64,000 nucleotides of DNA from an uncultured Chthonomonadaceae bacterium (GTDB lineage: Bacteria > Armatimonadota > Chthonomonadetes > Chthonomonadales > Chthonomonadaceae): assembly GCA_963835065.1 (NCBI GenBank), contig CAWIEK010000049.1, forward strand, positions 32,001 through 96,000. The letters run 5' to 3'. The position numbers were made by a program, and so were the translations under genes. Numbering within the stretch: the stretch's first letter is position 1; the number at the start of each line of letters is the position of its first letter. Below the pieces are notes generated by a model. That model did not search any database. It worked only from the letters and a program-made list of their open reading frames with translations, and was not told the DNA's origin. This document shows positions 19,957 through 29,776 of the stretch, in pieces.

Positions 19957-20721
19957 TTATGGCTTCTGGTGTGCTGCCTTCTTTTGGAAGTTCCAGATTA
20001 CCATGTTAGAGTCACGCGCGCTTCCGTCGCTCATAAATTTTACATGTCCATCGAAGAACGCATAGTTTCCACCTTCGTTATGTCGCCCCGGTTTCGGCAG
20101 AATTTCTTTGCCTCCTGCCATATTCCAGATCGCTGCGTCACTCTCAAACAGGGTGATGAGTCTTTTCCCGTTCGTTGATTTCAGACAGTGGAAACGCCTG
20201 CAAGCGCTCGGTTCATCGCGTAACTGTAAGGAGAAGTTGCAGTGGGGCAGTGCCACAAGGGCGCGTCGGCATTGTCTTTGGTGTAAGTGCCGGTTTGTGT
20301 TGCCCATTGAGGCGCGGGCGGCAACTTTTCATCCCAATCCTGCGCGTACATGAGGATGCCGAGGCTAATTTGCTTCAGGTTGCTCTGGCATGAGGCTGTC
20401 GGCACTCTGTTTTGCGCTTGATCGAACAATACGCAGGACAACCATGCCGGCCATTCCAGTAAAAAAGACAAGAGCCGCGACAACACCAATCACTCCTGAA
20501 GACAGATGCCGTTGTCGATACTTTCTGTACTCGATAATGACGGTCCACACGAGTAAACCATTCACTATAAATGCCGCGCATAAGGCATCAATGTCATTGT
20601 ACGACCCACTGGTATGACTCAGATAACTGGAGATAAGCATCCATTCCACGCCGAAAACAAATGCGAGGCCGAACAGTATTGCCAGAATGACGATTGGATT
20701 GGAAAGTCTTGGGCGTTTCAT
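19957..20721 (-). CDS. Membrane-anchored DUF1559/H-X9-DG-type protein, split over three frames
   Basis: TM N-terminus (20365-20721), CQSNLKQISLGILMYAQDWDEKLP (20181-20489), RHNEGGNYAFFDGHVK (19957-20307). Confidence 0.75.
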
Positions 20722-20893
20722 TGAGTTCTCCGAGTGTGCCTGCCTGGGTTGTATTCCCTTGTTCGTGATTGAACTGGAAATTCCTGCAAGAAGATGGCGC
20801 GTTTTGGCTGCATCCGTCTGCCTGATGCTGTCGTAATTGCAGGATTGACGTAAATAGCGGCAGAGGAATCACATGAAACGAGGAGCAACGGTT

Positions 20894-21902
20894 GTGAAAA
20901 TCAAGCGGATGGGGCGAACGGGTCTGAAGGTATCGGAAGTTTGTCTGGGAACCATGACCTTCGGGATGCAGGCGGACGAGCCGACCGGGTTTGCCATCAT
21001 GGACAGGGCGGCGGAAGCGGGCGTTAATTTCATTGATACGGCGGACGTTTACCCCGTTCCCGTCGCGCCCGATACCGTTGGGCGCACGGAAGAAATCGTT
21101 GGCAACTGGCTGCGAGGCAAGCGCGACAACTTTATTCTGGCGACGAAATGCCGGGGAACGATGGGGCCAAAAGCATGGGACAGTGGATTGTCGCGCAAGC
21201 ACATCATGCAGGCGGTTGAAGATAGCCTGCGGCGCTTGCAGACGGACTATATTGACCTGTACCAGACCCATTCGCCGGATGCGGAAACGCCGATTGACGA
21301 GACATTGAGCGCATTGGATGATCTGGTGAAGCAAGGAAAGGTTCGCTACGTCGGCTGTTCCAATTACGGCGCGTGGGCGCTGGCAAAGGCGCTGTGGACG
21401 AGCGACAAATTGCATCTGGCGCGGTACGACTGCGTTCAGCCGCGCTACAATCTGCTGTTTCGGCAGATCGAGGACGAACTGCTGCCCCTGTGCCGTGACG
21501 AAGGCGTAGGAGTGATTGCGTACAACCCGCTTGCGGGCGGCTTTCTGACGGGCAAGTACCGCAAGAACGCGGACGCGCAGGAGGGAACGCGCTTCGACGT
21601 AATGCAGGGCCGCACCACGCTGTACCATGACCGCTACTGGCAGGAAGCGCAATTCGATGCGGTGGAACGCTTGAACACGTTCTTTGCAGAGCGCAACAAA
21701 CCGCTGGCGCAGGTGGCGGTGGCATGGGTTTTGCAGCAGCCGGGCATTACATCCGCGATTGTCGGCGCAGAGTCGGCCTGACCAATTGGACGGCACATTG
21801 CCCGCTGTGGATTTGACGCTGGAAGCGGAAGAGATAGCCGCCTGTGATGAGGCATGGTACGCCCTGCCGCGCCCGCGCGATCCGAACATTGCTTTGCGCT
21901 GA
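20894..21902 (+). CDS. Aldo/keto reductase (frameshifted near 21768)
   Basis: GRTGLKVSEVCLGTMTFG, FIDTADVY, ATK, SLRRLQTDYIDLYQ, GKVRYVGCSN; C-terminus SRPDQLDGTL in next frame; GTG start with GAGGAG SD. Confidence 0.9.
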
Positions 21903-22028
21903 TGCAATGACAATGATTGGTGAACATCCGGCGACATTGCAACGTCATGCAGGGGAACATAAGCCTTGTTTCGCAACTGACACCCGAAACACGGTTGACA
22001 CAAAATACTCTCATGAAGGGGAAGTGCC

Positions 22029-22675
22029 ATGAGTACCATTGACCGCCGCAAGAAAATGATGCAGGGGATGATTTTAGGGGCGCTGTTGGGCGTTGGCCTG
22101 AGTTTTGGCAGCGCGAGCCGAGCGCAGGACAAAGACAAAGACACGGTGGAAGTCGGCAAAAAGTCGGACAGTCCCTCCGTATCCGGCGCGGACGCCAACG
22201 CCGACCACAAGTTTTTGATGATGGCCGCGCAGGGCAATCTGGCCGAGATACAAATGGCGCAATTGGCGAAGCAGAAAAGCCAGAACAACCAGATTCAAAA
22301 CTACGCGCAGCGTCTTATTGAAGACCATACCACTGCCAACAATCAGGTGATGCAGATCGTGCACGAAGAAGGGGCTTGACGATGCCCAAAACGCCGCCTG
22401 CGGACGCGATGGCAATGATGAAGAAGATGAAAGGCATGTCGGGCGCGAAGTTTGAGCGCGCGTACATGCAGGATATGATCAAGGATCATACCAAAGACAT
22501 TGCCGATTATACCAACGAGGCCAAGCATGGCTATGACGACGACATCAAACAGTATGCCGCCACAACACTGCCGACCCTGAAATCGCATCTGGATTTGGTG
22601 CAGACGCTGAGTAACCCGACGAAGAAAACCAACATGAAGGGTAACAAGTACAAGACCGGCAACACGAAGATGTAA
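22029..22675 (+). CDS. DUF4142-domain secreted protein (frameshifted near 22372)
   Basis: AAQGNLAEIQMAQLA, YAQRLIEDH, FERAYMQDMIKDH, TLPTLKSHL. Confidence 0.85.
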
Positions 22676-22704
22676 GGATGAAGTTATTCCTCTTCAAATC
22701 AAAA

Positions 22705-22740
22705 GCCCCTGCAATGCTTTCAGCGTTGCAGGGGCCTTCT
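22705..22740 (+). terminator. Probable intrinsic terminator after the DUF4142 gene
   Basis: gcccctgcaatgc-tttca-gcgttgcaggggc hairpin with a weak pyrimidine tail. Confidence 0.6.
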
Positions 22741-22775
22741 GCTTGTATACTAATGGCGCGTGAAAAGTTCGTGTT

Positions 22776-22873
22776 GTAGGGGCTTGATTCATCAAGCCCG
22801 CTTGTCTTGATTCATCAAGCCCGCTTGTCTTGATTCATCAAGCCCGCTTGTCTTAATTCATCAAGCCCGCTTG
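22776..22873 (+). repeat. GTAG-REP-like palindrome expanded into four 23-bp tandem copies
   Basis: gtaggggcttgattcatcaagccc followed by unit ttgattcatcaagcccgcttgtc at 22784, 22807, 22830 and 22853; no spacers. Confidence 0.9.
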
Positions 22874-22960
22874 CGGGAATATCAAACTTCTGATGCGCCG
22901 TTAGTATAAATGGAAGCGCGTAGACAAAGGAACAGAAAAAAATATCAAAATAACGCGGAA

Positions 22961-23221
22961 AAAGCGAACCTTTTGCCCTGATGCCATTGTCTAACAATGG
23001 TACAACCGTCTACTATACAGACGGGAAGACTGAACGTTGGTAGTTCCTATCAACTATCAACTATCAACTAAGACAAAAGGGAGGTGCCAGTCCTATGTTT
23101 CACCCCTCCCGTTCGCCCTGACGCTTCTGAGGCCACGACGCCTCTCTCCTACAATTTGACACAACGAGACATCGGGCTGGAAGCGCTGTATTGCCAAGAT
23201 TTCGACGATCTCTCTACATAC
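22961..23221 (+). repeat. Dispersed intergenic element, copy 1
   Basis: 85-nt core 23137-23221 matches 40585-40669 at 81/85; shared upstream 14-mer cgtctactatacag. Confidence 0.85.
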
Positions 23222-23249
23222 CCTTTTTTCTACCTCCGCTTTTCATCCT

Positions 23250-24692
23250 TCATCCTTCATCCTTTGCTTGTAGTTCGCGGAGGGTGGAGAGTTCGGGTAC
23301 GTCGCGTCCGACCAGCACATCAAGGGTCCAGTCCATTAAGATGCGGAAACGCTGGCCTAATCCGGGCATTTTCGCCAGATAAATCGCGCGCCACATTGCC
23401 CACGCGGTGATGCCGGAAAAGGATACGCCGTACACTTGGGCAACCCCGCTGCGCTTGCCGACAATCGCCAGTTCTCCGATGGGCGTATACTCAAACGGCT
23501 GTGGCTCTTCGCCGCGCATTACCGCGACGATGTTACGGGCAGCCTGTGCGCCTTCGCGCTGCGCGTTTTGCGCGGTTGGCGCATACGTTTTGTCAGAGTT
23601 CGGCATGGGGATTTCCGCGCAATCCCCCACCGCCCACACGCCGGAAAGACCGGGAACCATGCAGCAGGCGTCCGCGACAAGCCCCTTGTGCTTGCCGACT
23701 TGCGCGCCGAGTGACTCCACAATCGGGCTGGGCGTAACGCCCCCCGCCCAAATCAGGGTTTGCGTTTCAATTCGCTCCCCATCCTTGAAGGTAATCCAGC
23801 CATCCCCGGCTTCGGCAAGCGTGGCGTTCAGGCGAACTTCCACGCCCCGCTCTTCTAGTTTGTGCTGCGCGTATGCGGCCAGATTGACGGCAGAGAGTTC
23901 CATCATCAGGCGGTCTTCCGCTTCAAACAGCAGCATCCGTACATCTTCCTGTTTGAGTTGTGGGTAATCGGGCAGATGGTCGCGTACCAGATCGTTGATG
24001 GCGGCAATGGTTTCCACGCCCGTATACCCGCCGCCACCCACAACAATAGTCAGCAGGGCGCGGCGCAGGCCAGGGTTGGTTTCCACATTGGCGCGTTCCA
24101 GAACGGACAGGACGCGCTTGCGAATGGCGGCGGCTTCTTCCAGCGTTTTGTTGGTCAGGCTGTGTTCTTTCAGGCCGGGAATGTCGTAATAGTGGGGCAC
24201 GGAGCCGACAGCGACAACCAGATGGTCGTAAGGCAGAACCGGATTGTTCTGCGGCAGATTGCTTTGCGCATCACCCACAGCAAGCCGGACAGTTTTGAAA
24301 GCGGTGTCAATGGCTTCTATGCGTCCCTGAATAAATTCGATACGCGGCGACATATCCCGTAAGGGGCGTACAATATGGTGCGTGTCTATCTGCCCGCCCG
24401 CCACTTCCGTCAGCATCGGCGTGAAGAGCGAATAATTGCTCTGGTCTACAAGCGTTATTCTGGCGTCTTCAGGGTTGGGAAGCAGAGCGGCAAGCTGATC
24501 CGCAACATTCGTGCCCGCAAAACCGCCGCCAAGAATAACGATGTTCTGGTTCCGCTTCAAATTTTGATTGCGTTGTTGAAGGTCGGCGCGTTTCCACAGA
24601 GTGTAGGCGGCATACGCGCCCGCCGCGCTCACTCCGGCAATGGCGAATTTAGCCGCTAAAGGCATTTTGCCACGCGCATTATTTTTACTCAT
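23250..24692 (-). CDS. ndh: Type II NADH dehydrogenase-like FAD-dependent oxidoreductase
   Basis: ILGGGFAG, LFTPML, YDHLVVAVG, VVGGGGYTGVE, WAVGDCA, PTAQNA, WAMWRAIYL. Confidence 0.88.
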   Translation of the reverse strand: MSKNNARGKMPLAAKFAIAGVSAAGAYAAYTLWKRADLQQRNQNLKRNQNIVILGGGFAGTNVADQLAALLPNPEDARITLVDQSNYSLFTPMLTEVAGGQIDTHHIVRPLRDMSPRIEFIQGRIEAIDTAFKTVRLAVGDAQSNLPQNNPVLPYDHLVVAVGSVPHYYDIPGLKEHSLTNKTLEEAAAIRKRVLSVLERANVETNPGLRRALLTIVVGGGGYTGVETIAAINDLVRDHLPDYPQLKQEDVRMLLFEAEDRLMMELSAVNLAAYAQHKLEERGVEVRLNATLAEAGDGWITFKDGERIETQTLIWAGGVTPSPIVESLGAQVGKHKGLVADACCMVPGLSGVWAVGDCAEIPMPNSDKTYAPTAQNAQREGAQAARNIVAVMRGEEPQPFEYTPIGELAIVGKRSGVAQVYGVSFSGITAWAMWRAIYLAKMPGLGQRFRILMDWTLDVLVGRDVPELSTLRELQAKDEG

Positions 24693-24725
24693 GATGCTCT
24701 CCGGGAAAAGAAATCCGCCATAATA

Positions 24726-25970
24726 TTAAGAGGCTGCCTCTTCTTCGCTGCCGTGAATAAGCCAGGGTTCTGTGGGCATGCTCAGGCTGAAGCTTCCGGT
24801 GGGGAGGAGGCCGCGCCAATTTTGTATCATCTCGCGGTAGGCTGTACCGACAGGCCGGATTTTTCGATCCAGATCGTACAGGCCGACCGGGTTCACTCGG
24901 CCTGCATCTTCGCGCAGCGCGGTGTCCCAATCCATTTGATCGGTCAGGCTGTACCAGGTGAAGCCAATAATAGGTACGCCATCTTGACGCAGCCGAAACA
25001 GATTGGCCCACTGCTTGTACAGCCAGTCCGGGGCGGCGTCTGAATCGGCAAGATTGGTTTCCGTGTGCATGACGGGCAGGCGATAGCGGGAAAAATACTG
25101 GTGCGTAATGACGTAGTAGCCGAAAATCTCGCCTGCCGCCGACCAGGTTCCATCCTGATGCACCAGATGCTCATTCGTGACATAATAGTCGTTGCCCATC
25201 ACGCAGCTTGCTTTCACATGGTAGCGGCCAAACCAGGCGTACTCGTCGCGTGTCCAGCCGTGATCCAGCAGGTACTCGTACATGGTGACGTTGAGCGGAT
25301 AGCCATACGTGAGGTCAAGGGAAAGAAAGCGTTTCTCGTTCAGCACTTTGCACATATACAGGCAATCCGGGTGTTCGGGATGAAAATACTCGGAGGATTC
25401 GCTTTGTATGAAAATGGCGTCGCGCCGCACTTCCAGAATGGCGCGCATGGCAAGCACGTTTGCCATACACAGATGTTTGAGAGCGCGGCAGAAATCGCGG
25501 TCACTGGACAGGCGCTCATTCCACCAGCCATACTGCGCCGAAAACATCGCCGCAATAAAAATCTCATTAACGGGCGTATAGTACCGGATCCAGGGAAACC
25601 GCTGCGCGAAAGCGCGGGCGTACTCCGCGAACAATTCCGGCCAGTCGGGATTTTGAAAATTGCCGATCCAATCCGGGACACCGAAGTGGCACAAATCCAC
25701 AATAGGCGTGATGCGTCTTTGTTTCAGCGAGTTGAAGGTTTCGTCGGCAAAACTCCAATCGTAGCGGCCTTGCCCCAGGTGCGTGGTATGAATGGGCGGG
25801 CCATAGCGCAGGTAATGAATCTGCATGTCCGCCAGAAGCTGAAAATCATCCTTCCATCGCTTATAATGACCGCATTTTTCCATTTCATCCACGCGCCGGG
25901 TGGTTCCATCGGGAAGTTGAATGATTGGATTACTGTTCTCAATGCCCGTTGCAAACATAAACTGCGACAT
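24726..25970 (-). CDS. Glycoside hydrolase family 1-like protein
   Basis: FATGIENS, HYKRWKDDF, DLCHFG, YTPVNE (acid/base), MHTETN (nucleophile), GFTWYSLTDQMDWD. Confidence 0.88.
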   Translation of the reverse strand: MSQFMFATGIENSNPIIQLPDGTTRRVDEMEKCGHYKRWKDDFQLLADMQIHYLRYGPPIHTTHLGQGRYDWSFADETFNSLKQRRITPIVDLCHFGVPDWIGNFQNPDWPELFAEYARAFAQRFPWIRYYTPVNEIFIAAMFSAQYGWWNERLSSDRDFCRALKHLCMANVLAMRAILEVRRDAIFIQSESSEYFHPEHPDCLYMCKVLNEKRFLSLDLTYGYPLNVTMYEYLLDHGWTRDEYAWFGRYHVKASCVMGNDYYVTNEHLVHQDGTWSAAGEIFGYYVITHQYFSRYRLPVMHTETNLADSDAAPDWLYKQWANLFRLRQDGVPIIGFTWYSLTDQMDWDTALREDAGRVNPVGLYDLDRKIRPVGTAYREMIQNWRGLLPTGSFSLSMPTEPWLIHGSEEEAAS

Positions 25971-26206
25971 GCCGCGCTCCGAATACCGGTTAAGTGTGAA
26001 AAGCGCATTCAGAAAGTGAAAAGAGTGTTCCTCTCCTCTCTTAATGCTACGCTTGTCCTTTAACGCTTACGTGATTGGCGCGAGAATGTCAGCAGGGGAT
26101 GATGCAATAGGAGGTATTCAGGTGTTCGGGTATTCAGGTGTTCAGGTGTTCGGTATTCGGTATTGGGATACAGGTAATTGGTGGGTGGAGGTTGAGGGTG
26201 GATGTG

Positions 26207-26250
26207 AAAAGCGGCGCGGATGTGTTTCTGCAACGCATCCGTGCCGCTTA
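26207..26250. terminator. 18-bp hairpin (terminator or structured RNA, strand ambiguous)
   Basis: aagcggcgcggatgtgtt-tctgc-aacgcatccgtgccgctt; G-U pairs favour the plus strand, the U tail favours the minus strand. Confidence 0.45.
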
Positions 26251-26389
26251 AAAGGGCAGCCCCTGCTTCCTACGTTCATGGCGGGAGAACCGGTGAGCAA
26301 CGCCTATCGAGGAGACGCGGGAGGACAGAGGTATGTTCCCAAAATATGACTAATTATGTAGGAAAGGAATATGGCATAGAGGAATTGGT

Positions 26390-28138
26390 TCAGGCGGCCT
26401 GCGCGTTTTGATAGGGCGGTTCGCTGTTTTGCTCCGAAAGCATGTCCAGAAAGGACGTGATAATACGAGGATCGAAATGCTGCCCGGCCTGCTCCTGTAG
26501 ATACGCCTGCACCTGATGTTCCGGCCAGCCGGCGCGGTAGGGACGATTGGAGCGCAGGGCGTCCCAAACATCCACGACAGCAAACAAGCGGGCGGCAAGC
26601 GGAATGTTTTCGCCGCTCAAGCCGTGCGGATAGCCCGTGCCGTTCCATTTTTCATGGTGGCAGTGGGGGATGTTAAGCGCCCGCTGTAAGAAGGCGATGG
26701 GGCAAAGCATCTCGTAAGCGAGAGAGGGATGCTTGCGCATGATCTCCCATTCCGCATCATCAAGCGGCCCCGGCTTGCGCAGGATGCTGTCGGGGATGCC
26801 CATTTTGCCAATGTCGTGAAGCAGCGCCCCCCACCGAATATAGGTCAGTTCGGTTTCATCCAGTCCCATGCGCCGCGCCAGTTTCAGGGTCATCTCAGTG
26901 ACGCGCTCACTGTGCCCTTCCGTTTCCTTATCCCGCAAGTCCAGAATTTGTGACCATCCCTGAATAGTGGCGTCGTACACTTTGCGTAGCGTGTCGTCCA
27001 GAGAGGAGGCGCTGGTGAGAGGAACCGTCAGGCGCAGGTCCGCTTCTTCCTGTTCAAGCGCTTCGTCCTCGGCGTGGCTGATGCAGTTTCGGCCTCGCAT
27101 TTTGGCGCGGTACAGGCATTTATCCGTCAAAGCAATCAGTTCTGAAGCGGATTGTATCTGGTCATTAATGGTTGCCACGCCAAAACTCGCGGTGACGGGG
27201 CGTTCGGGCCAATACGCGGTTTGGATAGCGACACGGAAGCGCTCGGCAGCTTCGCGCGCTCCCTTCGCGTCGGTTTCCGGCAGAATGGCAACAAATTCTT
27301 CGCCCCCGTAGCGGGCGAGAAAATCCGTAGTTCGCGCCGTGCTTTGAAAGATGGCGGCCACGCGCTTCAAGACAACATCCCCGGCGGGATGCCCGAACGT
27401 ATCATTGTACTGCTTGAATTTGTCCACATCCAGCAGGACGACGGAAAGCGGCGTATGGTAGCGCTTGCTGCGCTCGAACTCGCTGCTCAATTGCTCCTGA
27501 AACGCGCGGTGGTTTTTGAGTTCGGTCAGGCCATCCATGGTAACCTGCGTTTGCAGCAGCATGTTGGCCTGATACAATTTGGAATTAGCGGCGGCAAGTT
27601 CCACGCGCTGCGCTTCCATTTCCACATACGCCTCATTGACATGCGTGATTTGAAGCTCGATTTGCTCCTGAAACCACGTACGCTCCGTTATATCGGTATG
27701 TGAGCCGGCCAGATGATACGGCTTGCCATCGGCATCGCGCTGCACGGCTCCCCGCGCCAGAATCCAGCGATAGGTTTGATCTTTGTGACGCAGCCGATAT
27801 TCAACATAGAAGTTGGTTTCCTGAGTCTGCAAATACTGCTGAATGGTTTCAAACACGCGCTGCCGATCTTCGGGATGGATGTGTTCCGTCCAAGCCTCTA
27901 CCGCATTGGGAAATTCATCGTCTTCGTAGCCGAGGATGCTTTTCCAGCGCGCAGACAGGTAGCACGTATTAGTGCGCAGGTTCCAATCCCATAAGCCATC
28001 CTGCGATCCCTGCATTGCCAGGCGATAGCGCTCTTCCGTAGCGTGGAGTGCCGCTTCCGCCAGTCGGCGGCGCGTAAGTTCGGCCTGCCACCGATGCGCA
28101 GCGGGAGGTATTCGCTTTTGGAACACGGAAGGCGTCAT
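26390..28138 (-). CDS. PAS-GGDEF-HD-GYP c-di-GMP signalling protein
   Basis: PAS (DGLWDWN, IHPEDR), RTTD I-site with RYGGEEF, LLHDIGK and HHEKWNGTGYP. Confidence 0.93.
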   Translation of the reverse strand: MTPSVFQKRIPPAAHRWQAELTRRRLAEAALHATEERYRLAMQGSQDGLWDWNLRTNTCYLSARWKSILGYEDDEFPNAVEAWTEHIHPEDRQRVFETIQQYLQTQETNFYVEYRLRHKDQTYRWILARGAVQRDADGKPYHLAGSHTDITERTWFQEQIELQITHVNEAYVEMEAQRVELAAANSKLYQANMLLQTQVTMDGLTELKNHRAFQEQLSSEFERSKRYHTPLSVVLLDVDKFKQYNDTFGHPAGDVVLKRVAAIFQSTARTTDFLARYGGEEFVAILPETDAKGAREAAERFRVAIQTAYWPERPVTASFGVATINDQIQSASELIALTDKCLYRAKMRGRNCISHAEDEALEQEEADLRLTVPLTSASSLDDTLRKVYDATIQGWSQILDLRDKETEGHSERVTEMTLKLARRMGLDETELTYIRWGALLHDIGKMGIPDSILRKPGPLDDAEWEIMRKHPSLAYEMLCPIAFLQRALNIPHCHHEKWNGTGYPHGLSGENIPLAARLFAVVDVWDALRSNRPYRAGWPEHQVQAYLQEQAGQHFDPRIITSFLDMLSEQNSEPPYQNAQAA

Positions 28139-28245
28139 GGAAATGGTGATCCTTTTTTATGCTTGTTCAAATTATTTGCAGGCGGGCGTACTTATATGTT
28201 CGGCGTGAAGGCTAAGGATTTGGAGAGAATGAAACGGGTGAACGT

Positions 28246-28283
28246 AAAAATGCGCCAATGGGAATAGATTTCCCATTGGCGCA
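28246..28283 (-). terminator. Intrinsic terminator of the RNA ligase unit
   Basis: Minus strand tgcgccaatgggaa-atcta-ttcccattggcgca followed by ttttt, about 20 nt after the ligase stop. Confidence 0.85.
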
Positions 28284-28303
28284 ATAGCATACAGAACATC
28301 CTC

Positions 28304-29359
28304 TTAAACGTCGTGGGTATCCCTGTCTGCGCTTTTGGAGAACAGGTAGGCGTCGCCGATGTACTTCATCGCTACGCGGCCTACCTTTGGGTTGACACGC
28401 TCCACAACCGGCTTCACCACCACGCCTTCGCGGATGTGATTATCATCCAGCGTGGTGCTGCCTTCCGACAGCGCCTTGATGGTGTTCAGGTCGAAAGGGC
28501 CGCGATACAGCAGGGGCACGGTTGCAACGCCGTGTCGGGCGCAAAGAGTGGCAAACTCGTCCGCGTCCAGGTACTTGCCGTCCACAAGCAGATCGAAGGC
28601 GCGAAAGCCCAGCGTTCCCCGGCAGCCGTAATGCAGGTCTTGAATTTTCGAGCCGAACACTTCGCCGAACAAAATCACCTGCCGATGTTCCGCTCCCAAT
28701 TCTTCCAGCAGGGCGCGAACCGGCGGCTGCGAAAGCGGGAACCAGTATGTGCTGTTTGCCCACTGCTCCGTTTCTTCGGGCGGCTTGCGCCGAACGCTCA
28801 TGGAACCGGCCATCCATTCCCCTTCAATCAAAGCAACCCGGCAATTCGTTCCATGGAGCTTCTCGGTAACTGCCACTTCTTCGCCCTCGGTCAACACGTC
28901 CGGGAAGTTGCGCAGATTTTCAATGTCGGTGTATTCCACGAGCAGGGGATGCGGCGGCAGGGCATCTCCGGCAGTTGGCTTGAGCGGCGGGATGTACTTG
29001 GTGATGCCATAATAGGCTTTCACATCCTCGCCTTCCGCCCATTTGGGATTTTCCACGTCAATCAGGACGCCAAAGGACGGTTCGCCACGCAATCGGGCGC
29101 AACGGACGCGGCCTGCGGGCGGAACGGGCGCATCCGGCCCGGTTCGCACCGAAAGGTATTTGGTAATGCCCCACCGGTCGGCGTGTTCCAGCGGAATCAT
29201 GCTGTCAATGGGAATATACGTGACGAGGCTGCCGGCATGGTACTTGCCTTTGGGAACCACGCACTGCCAGCCCTTGATCTGACTCAACTCCAGCGCGTCC
29301 GCGTTGGCATGTGGCAGGACGCGCTCGATTTTGCATACTTCGACAATGCACTCAGACAT
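28304..29359 (-). CDS. ATP-dependent RNA ligase, DRB0094/Rnl2 family
   Basis: N-terminal HANADAL...GWQCVV module, motif I TEKLHGTN, FGEVFG, FRAFDL, REGVVVKP; ATG 29359 chosen because the longer ORF overlaps a tRNA. Confidence 0.9.
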   Translation of the reverse strand: MSECIVEVCKIERVLPHANADALELSQIKGWQCVVPKGKYHAGSLVTYIPIDSMIPLEHADRWGITKYLSVRTGPDAPVPPAGRVRCARLRGEPSFGVLIDVENPKWAEGEDVKAYYGITKYIPPLKPTAGDALPPHPLLVEYTDIENLRNFPDVLTEGEEVAVTEKLHGTNCRVALIEGEWMAGSMSVRRKPPEETEQWANSTYWFPLSQPPVRALLEELGAEHRQVILFGEVFGSKIQDLHYGCRGTLGFRAFDLLVDGKYLDADEFATLCARHGVATVPLLYRGPFDLNTIKALSEGSTTLDDNHIREGVVVKPVVERVNPKVGRVAMKYIGDAYLFSKSADRDTHDV

Positions 29360-29388
29360 GAATGTAGCCCTCTTCCCAGATCGTAATA

Positions 29389-29467
29389 TGAGAGTGGAGG
29401 GAATCGAACCCCCTTGCTTTCGCCACAAGGTTACAGCTTGCTGCCCGACCATTTAGGCTTCACTCTC
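29389..29467 (-). tRNA. tRNA-Tyr(GTA), atypical
   Basis: Manual fold: acceptor GAGAGTG/CACTCTC + A73, D stem GCCT/GGGC, anticodon arm GCAAG-CTGTAAC-CTTGT, 11-nt variable region, T arm GGGGG-TTCGATT-CCCTC; A8; no encoded CCA. Confidence 0.85.
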
Positions 29468-29470
29468 AAA

Positions 29471-29593
29471 ATTCAGGTATTCGGGTGTTCAGGTGTTCAG
29501 AATAATATGACAGTAATACGTTTGCTGCTGCGCAACTAGACTTGCAGTTTAGCTCCTGAATACCCGAACACCTGAACACCCGAATACCTGAAT
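29471..29593. repeat. Inverted octamer array pair separating the two tRNAs
   Basis: attcaggtattcgggtgttcaggtgttc (29471) versus gaacacctgaacacccgaatacctgaat (ending 29593). Confidence 0.85.
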
Positions 29594-29596
29594 GTA

Positions 29597-29671
29597 TGGA
29601 AGCGGTCGGAATCGAACCGACAACACGTACTTTGCAAAAGTACATCGCTGACCCTTAGGACATGCGCTCCC
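29597..29671 (-). tRNA. tRNA-Ala(TGC), atypical
   Basis: Manual fold: acceptor GGGAGCG/CGCTTCC with G3:U70 and A73, anticodon arm GTACT-TTTGCAA-AGTAC, T arm GTCGG-TTCGATT-CCGAC; C8 and a weak D stem; no encoded CCA. Confidence 0.85.
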
Positions 29672-29707
29672 GTATAGTTTGTTGATTACGTGACACTTCC
29701 TGAATGC

Positions 29708-29741
29708 AAAAATACAGCCCGGCCTGAGTTTCCAGACCGGG
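29708..29741 (-). terminator. Attenuator terminator upstream of the tRNAs
   Basis: Minus strand CCCGGTCTG-GAAACT-CAGGCCGGG-CTGTATTTTT. Confidence 0.78.
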
Positions 29742-29776
29742 ATGTGCATTGTCGTCATGGAAGAGACGATTCCGCG

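Noticed and set aside
22784..22873. CRISPR array
   Set aside because: The 23-bp units are directly adjacent with no spacers, and there are no cas genes in the window.
23084..23410. Protein-coding interpretation of the dispersed repeat core (LSYNLTQRDIGLEAL)
   Set aside because: Copy 2 has only an internal TTG start in this frame, three of four substitutions alter amino acids, and the frame in copy 1 runs antisense into ndh. Not excluded, but unsupported.
29360..29452. N-terminal extension of the RNA ligase in the ORF track
   Set aside because: It overlaps the tRNA-Tyr cloverleaf; family similarity begins at ATG 29359.
29597..29671. Reading this tRNA as tRNA-Cys(GCA)
   Set aside because: The stem register GTACT/AGTAC centres TGC in the 7-nt loop, and G3:U70 with A73 are Ala determinants.
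29389..29671. tRNAs as integration (att) sites of a prophage or island
   Set aside because: No integrase and no duplicated tRNA 3' end was noticed in the window.
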